From: Macrostomum lignano
Taxonomy: Eukaryota
Assembly: GCA_002269645.1 (NCBI GenBank)
Contig: NIVC01000825.1
Location: forward strand, 62,001 to 126,000
Direction of reading: 5' to 3'
DNA length: 64,000 bases
The notes below the pieces were generated by a model, which was not told the origin of the DNA, searched no databases, and saw only the letters and a program-made list of their open reading frames with translations. Positions 58,901-64,000 of the stretch are shown piece after piece. How positions within the stretch are numbered: the first letter of the stretch is position 1; each line of letters starts with the position of its first letter. The translations under genes were made by a program, and so were the position numbers.

Positions 58901-61900
58901 TCTAACTGTCTGTCTGTCTGTCTACCTGTCTGTCTGTCTACTGTCTGTCTACCTGTCTCTCTGTCTGTCTACCTGTCTGTCTAACTGTGTCTGTCTACCT
59001 GTCAGTCTGTCTACTGTCTACCTGTCTATCTACCTGGCTGCCTGTCTACCTGTCTGTTTACCTGTCTGTCCACCTATCAGTCTACCTGCCTGTCTATTTG
59101 CTTGTCTACCTGTCTGTCGATCTGTCTGTCTATCTGTCTATACATGTGCATTTGCATATCAATCTACATGTCAATTTACATAGATACTGCTATTAATCAA
59201 ACTATCAGTCCAACAGTCGTAGGAGAGTCTCATAAAACCTAACAGCGCAGCAGTCTATGGCCAAGACCCACTCACTATTGGGATCATCTGAAATATGAAA
59301 CGGTGGGCGCATAATTAGATGAAAGTAAACAAGCTTAGTACTCGTAATGAAACTTTTCACAGCTACAAACAGTGACAAACCTTTTGAGCCCCTGGTCCGA
59401 GCTTCCACAAGCGTCTCAAAGTGAAGATTGCCCTTCAGTGCCGTAATGCAGATGAAGTAGCGAGTGTTGGGCTCTGAAAAAGATAAAATGTTTATATTAC
59501 TACTTATTACCGGCTTGTCAGTAGTGCATTCAGAATATTACGTTTGCAAAAGGTGCAGAAAGGCTAAGTGGCATATAAATCATATTCCAATTTTATATTG
59601 ATAGTGTATTCACCTTAGCTAAAGACGCCCTCAACAGGCACTTCGATAAAACAAACATAATTGAATATCAGATATGCTCGCCTAAACCGTGTAGCCTAAT
59701 CAGCTGCGTCGGAGGAAATGCCACGGCCAGACGGGCACACAACAGCTGACAGGTAAGAAAAGCAACAATTGCAACAATCTCAGCGCAATCTGCCTGCTTT
59801 TGTGGCATTTCTTCTGCTGCGCTTTTTCAAGGCTAAGGCCAACCTTCTGACACCCGGCAGCAAGCAAGAGGAACAGAGATCGTCAGAGGGAAAGCAAAAC
59901 TACAAATATTACTGCTAGCTAGGCAAACTATGCGCGTATTTTCCTTCCGTGGCAACAGACAGCTGGGGGGGGGGTAAATTTTATATCTGGACAGCTCGAT
60001 CTCAGGATGCAGTAGCGGCAGAGTGTGAAGGAGGGAATTGTAATCATGCAGAGAGAGATGTGAGATAACAGTGGGTTATTTCAAGCCTCTTCTTAGCTCA
60101 TCAGCTACAAATATGTGTTCATTTCTCACTGCAATTTGCGTCACAATGCCCAAGCTTAGGGGGCCGTAGCCCAGCGGTAGCGCAGCTGCTCTGGTGTGCC
60201 AGCGACCCAGGCTCGATTCCAAGTGCAGTCACATTAATTTGGGGCTGAATTGGAATCTCGGCTTGGCTCTGCTCGTGCAATTAACGGCCTTGAGAGCCAA
60301 CCCCCCAAGGCACAGTGAAGTGTACATGCCGAACGATAAATAAAGTTAGGGCCGCTGTACACGCCTGTGTGAGGGTGTGCCTGTGCGTATGACTGCGTAC
60401 GTATCCGCGCGCTTGTGCGCCTGCTCAGGGGAGTCGGCGCAATTGGAAGCAATGCCTCTCGCTTAAAGTGCGCCACCATGGATGCACACGATTACCCCGA
60501 TTAAAAAGACAGTTTTGATATTTTAAATCTACTGAACTTAAAGAATTAAGTTGAGACTTTGTTAGTACCAAAGTTGATCTAAAATCAAGGTTTGTGTTTC
60601 GCCTCAGCTCTCTTCTCAGTTCTCTCTTCTCTTCTCTCCTTGTTCTTCCCTCATCTAATCTCGTCTCCTTTATTCCCTCGCCTCTCCTTTCTCCTATCCC
60701 TCTCTACTCTCTTCTCGAGGAAGAGATAAAAATCTCGCGGATGCATGTAGACTAATGGCGGGCCCCGTCATGGACTTCTAAAATACAGCATCCGGTATAG
60801 CATGGAAACTCCAGATTACCAACCCGATGAGTCAGCTTTCTAACTCCAAAAAACTTCCAAATCATATGGAGAGAATTGTATCAAAAAACTAGAAAATGCG
60901 CGCTTTCAAGAAAATCCAATAAACAGCAATCTTTTATAAAGATGGAAAAGTTGAAAAGCACCAGTTTATGTAGGTCGTTATGCAAAATGTCATCTATGAA
61001 AATTCAAGACTAGAAGGTTTCATCGCTAAAGGGAGAAGCTAGGAACTATTCTAATCCAACCCCTATACAAAGCAAGCAATCAATAATGAGTAAGGCCCAT
61101 GGCAAACAGCACACACACAGAGGTACACAGGTAACACTGCTATAGAGTGTCTAGAGCTTTTGAACATTTGCCGACAATATCAAGGGAAGGGGTATATTGG
61201 GTTGGGATTTGGGGAGCCGAGAAGGGAGGCCATCGTAAACTAGGCCATTGTTAGCTTAGCAGGGACTGACTCTGTCTCTAATAAAGCTCATTCTTGCTCT
61301 GGCGCTAGTAGTTCCTAAAAAAAGGGGATATCCAAAATTGGGATCAGACGGTCCGACACCGGCTGACTAAGCAAAGAGAAATCATATATTACCTTAGCTC
61401 AACTGCTAACTGCATGCCAACAAACACACACACACACACACACAGGTAAATAAAATAATTAAACTTTTCTTTCTAAGAAACAATTAGTAAACCTCTATGC
61501 ATGATCTTCATCAATCTAAACCCTGCCACTGCTTCACGCAAGCGACCAGTCATTCCCCGCAAAGCGCGATCGCTGATTCCTCTTATTATAACCTACTAAT
61601 GGTCAATTCATTCACTTGGCCTTCCGGCTGAGTCATAGCTGAACCCGCAAAGGGCCAGCCGCCGACCAGCAGGAGCCACCGCTGCGATAAGATATATGTG
61701 CATATATGAGTGTATTAGATATATGTGTATACAGTATATACACATATAAATCTATCTCATATATCCCGTCATGTACATGCAGATCCATCCCATCACATAG
61801 ATTTGATAATCTAGATACCATCCATCCAGATCCCATGCATCCCGTCATCTAGATCCCATCTATCCCGTCATCTAGATCCCATCTATCCCATCATCTAGAT

Positions 61901-63936
61901 CCCATCTATCCCATCATCTAGATCCCATCTATCCCGTCATCTAGATCCCATCTATCCCATCATCTAGATCCCATCTATCCCGTCATCTAGATCCCATCTA
62001 TCTCATCATCTAGATCTCATCTATCCCGTCATCTAGATCCCATCTATCCTACCATCTAGATCTCATTTATCCCATCATCTAGATCCCATCTATCTCGTCA
62101 TTCAGTTAATATATATCCCATTATCAAGACCCCATTATCAAGGTCCCACCACCAAGATCCCATTATCGAGATACGATCCTCAAGATCCCATCACCAAGCT
62201 CCCACTCACTCAGATTGATGATCTGGAAGGTGTCCCGGTTGCCGGGGATTTCGCCAGCCACCCTCTCCTTAGCAACATGAGCGCCGTAGGTGATGATGTA
62301 CTTGTCTGGCAGCACGTGAGACGGCCGGATCCATGACAGCAGGATGGAGTCCGGCTTGCCAATGGGTATCAGCTCTTTAATCCGTAGCTGTTCGGCCAGC
62401 GCCTCCGTGGGGGCCGATTGGCGATTTGTAGAATCCGCCATAGTTCCGGAATTAATCGATAGGTCTGCAAATTTTGGCGCGAATTTAAATTTCAAAATGT
62501 ACTAAACTCCAGAATTGAATATCAAACAAACACTGGAAAAGTTTATAAGCCCACAATAGTTGACAAGCAGAATTTTATAGTCAAGAGTCACAGGATCACC
62601 TAAGCGTCAAGCAAGCAACTGGAGTCAGAATGTTCCACAGAGCGAACCAGTTGGAGGCAATAAACAGAGGCAGCAAATGTTTTTATTGTTATTATCATAG
62701 CATCCTGTCTAGCGGGGACACGGCAATTCTAAACTGCTGCAATGCGTTCAGCATGATTTCAAACCACGTGATTTCGTATAAAATTCGACTAGAGTTCGGG
62801 TGAAGGGGTTAGCGACAAGGTGGCAGCGCATTGAGGACTTTATTATGCTAGAAGGACCTGGGCTCGACTCCAAATGTCAGGGGCACCAAATGAGGTATCA
62901 GGTGAACCAAATCAAATGTCAGGTGAGCCAAATCAAATGTCAGGTGAGCCAAATAAGGTGTCAAGGGGGCCAAATGAGGTGTCAGGGGGAGCCAAATGAG
63001 GTGTCAGGGAGAGCGAAATGAGGTGTCAGGGGGGCCAAATGAGGTGTTAGGCGGAGCCAAATGAGGCGTCAGGGGAGCCAAATGAGGTGTCAGGGGGAGC
63101 CAAATGAGGTGTCAGGGGAGCCAAATGAGGTGTCAGGGGGGTCAAATGAGGCGTCAGGGGAGCCAAATGAGGTGTCAGGGAGAGCCAAATGAGGTGTCAG
63201 GGGGGCCAAATGAGGTGTCAGGGGGAGCCAAATGAGGTGTCAGGGGGAGCCAAATGAGGTGTCAGGGGGAGCCAAATGAGGCGTCAGGGGAGCCAAATGA
63301 GGTGTCAGGGGAGCCAAATGAAGTGTCAGGGGAGCCAAAGGTGTCAGGGGAGCCAAATGAAGTGTCAGGGGAGCCAAATGAGGTGTCAGGGGAGCCAAAC
63401 CAGATGTGGGATGGCAGATTGCTAAAATCCGAGCTCCGAACTCACAGGCGTTCCGGCGGCCAGTGTCGAACGGCAGCCAGTCGGTGAAGGCGCCAACAAA
63501 GCCGGCGGCAGTGCGAGCGGCCACGCGGACAAGAAACCGCCGCCTAGCAGGCAGGCCTGGCGGCAGCTGGCATTCAAGGCCGGCCACGGTCAGCAGCCGC
63601 TGTTCATTGTTGTCGTCGTCATCGTCAACGGTTGCAGCCGGTCGATAGGCGACAATATAGTCGGCAATCTCGGAGTCGGCCGCAGACTGTGGCGGTTGCC
63701 AGGCAACGTGCACAACGCCGTCTCGAGACCAGGCGGTGAGGCCGGACGGCCGAGCGATATTAGGTTGGCCGAGGCCGATTACTAGGCTGGCCGACGGGGA
63801 GAACCGGCCGTCCGGGCCAAGGATTCTAGCCGACAGGCGATTCGTCGAGCGGCCGATGGGCAGATCGGCCAATGTGGCCGAGCAGCTGGCCGAGGTGACG
63901 GCCGGGCCGCTGCTGGGTGGAGGCTGAAGTCGCAGT
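52977..63936 (-). CDS. fra: Frazzled/DCC/neogenin (UNC-40) netrin receptor, 3' part (5' exons beyond the window)
   Basis: Eight phase-compatible exons: 63936-63446, 62464-62210, 59473-59381, 58628-57987, 57749-57696, 57610-56897, 55655-55399, 53072-52977 (~866 aa). At least 4.5 FN3 domains, TM WWLLIGGVFGLALLLLAVSTAVVCMC, P1-like TPDLCRHADFELR, and P3 C-terminus MTKTLDGLIQDLKGLTTREFEC* (recalled fly Frazzled end LEGLMKDLSAITANEFEC). Confidence 0.93.
53165..55215. repeat. 19-21 bp minisatellite (GGGGTGTCAGAGGGA[T/C]C..) with a 179-bp higher-order repeat, last frazzled intron
   Basis: Near-identical ORFs recur at 53305/53484 and 53981/54160/54339 (offset 179). Confidence 0.95.
55675..56855. repeat. 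24-bp minisatellite (CATTGTCACTCCCTCTACTCAGAG), ~48 copies, frazzled intron
   Basis: Read directly; fills the intron 55656-56896. Confidence 0.95.
57790..57965. repeat. 21-bp minisatellite (CCAGATTCACAAGAATCCCAA), ~8 copies, frazzled intron
   Basis: Read directly. Confidence 0.9.
58650..59140. repeat. Degenerate (TGTC/CTAC) microsatellite, frazzled intron
   Basis: Read directly. Confidence 0.9.
60160..60507 (+). mobile_element. tRNA-headed SINE-like element, antisense in a frazzled intron
   Basis: A box TAGCCCAGCGG (60167) and B-box-like GGCTCGATTCC (~60210) at tRNA spacing, no closing acceptor stem, ~270-bp body ending in a short A run. Confidence 0.55.
61800..62160. repeat. ~23-bp minisatellite (ATCTAGATCCCATCTATCCCGTC), frazzled intron
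   Basis: Read directly. Confidence 0.9.
62870..63400. repeat. 21-22 bp minisatellite (CCAAATGAGGTGTCAGGGGAG), ~24 copies, frazzled intron
   Basis: Read directly. Confidence 0.93.
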
Positions 63937-64000
63937 CTAGAAGGGAGAAAGTGTAAGCGTTTGAACTGATGAAGACCGCGAACGTCTATCAGCTGCTGAT

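Noticed and set aside
60160-60235. Intact tRNA gene
   Set aside because: Acceptor and anticodon stems do not pair properly; treated as a SINE head.

Overview
Eukaryotic, intron-containing genomic DNA. GC-rich exons with polyQ/polyA tracts, AT-rich intergenic DNA and introns filled with minisatellites suggest a free-living flatworm such as Macrostomum (inference). Ten protein-coding genes were reconstructed by hand from splice signals and reading-frame phase: a partial intronless innexin (-), an orphan two-exon gene (+), an ACP7-type purple acid phosphatase (+), a type II membrane protein of unknown family (+), a calmodulin-like protein (+), a 7-exon protein with two GPR158-type Cache+EGF ectodomains and a GPI signal in place of the 7TM (-), two CD164/porimin-like sialomucin paralogues (+), a C2H2 zinc-finger gene with a frame break in exon 1 (-), and the 3' part of frazzled/DCC/neogenin (-). 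Most long ORFs in the supplied track are translations of non-coding minisatellites. One repeat is truly coding: it gives the first sialomucin 32 tandem N-glycosylation sequons, in a frame the ORF track missed. Also present are two tRNA-headed SINEs (one CORE-like), a foldback element, a ~520-bp tandem duplication and more than 25 tandem arrays. There is no CRISPR array, rRNA or intact tRNA. All assignments come from reading the sequence; no database searches were run.
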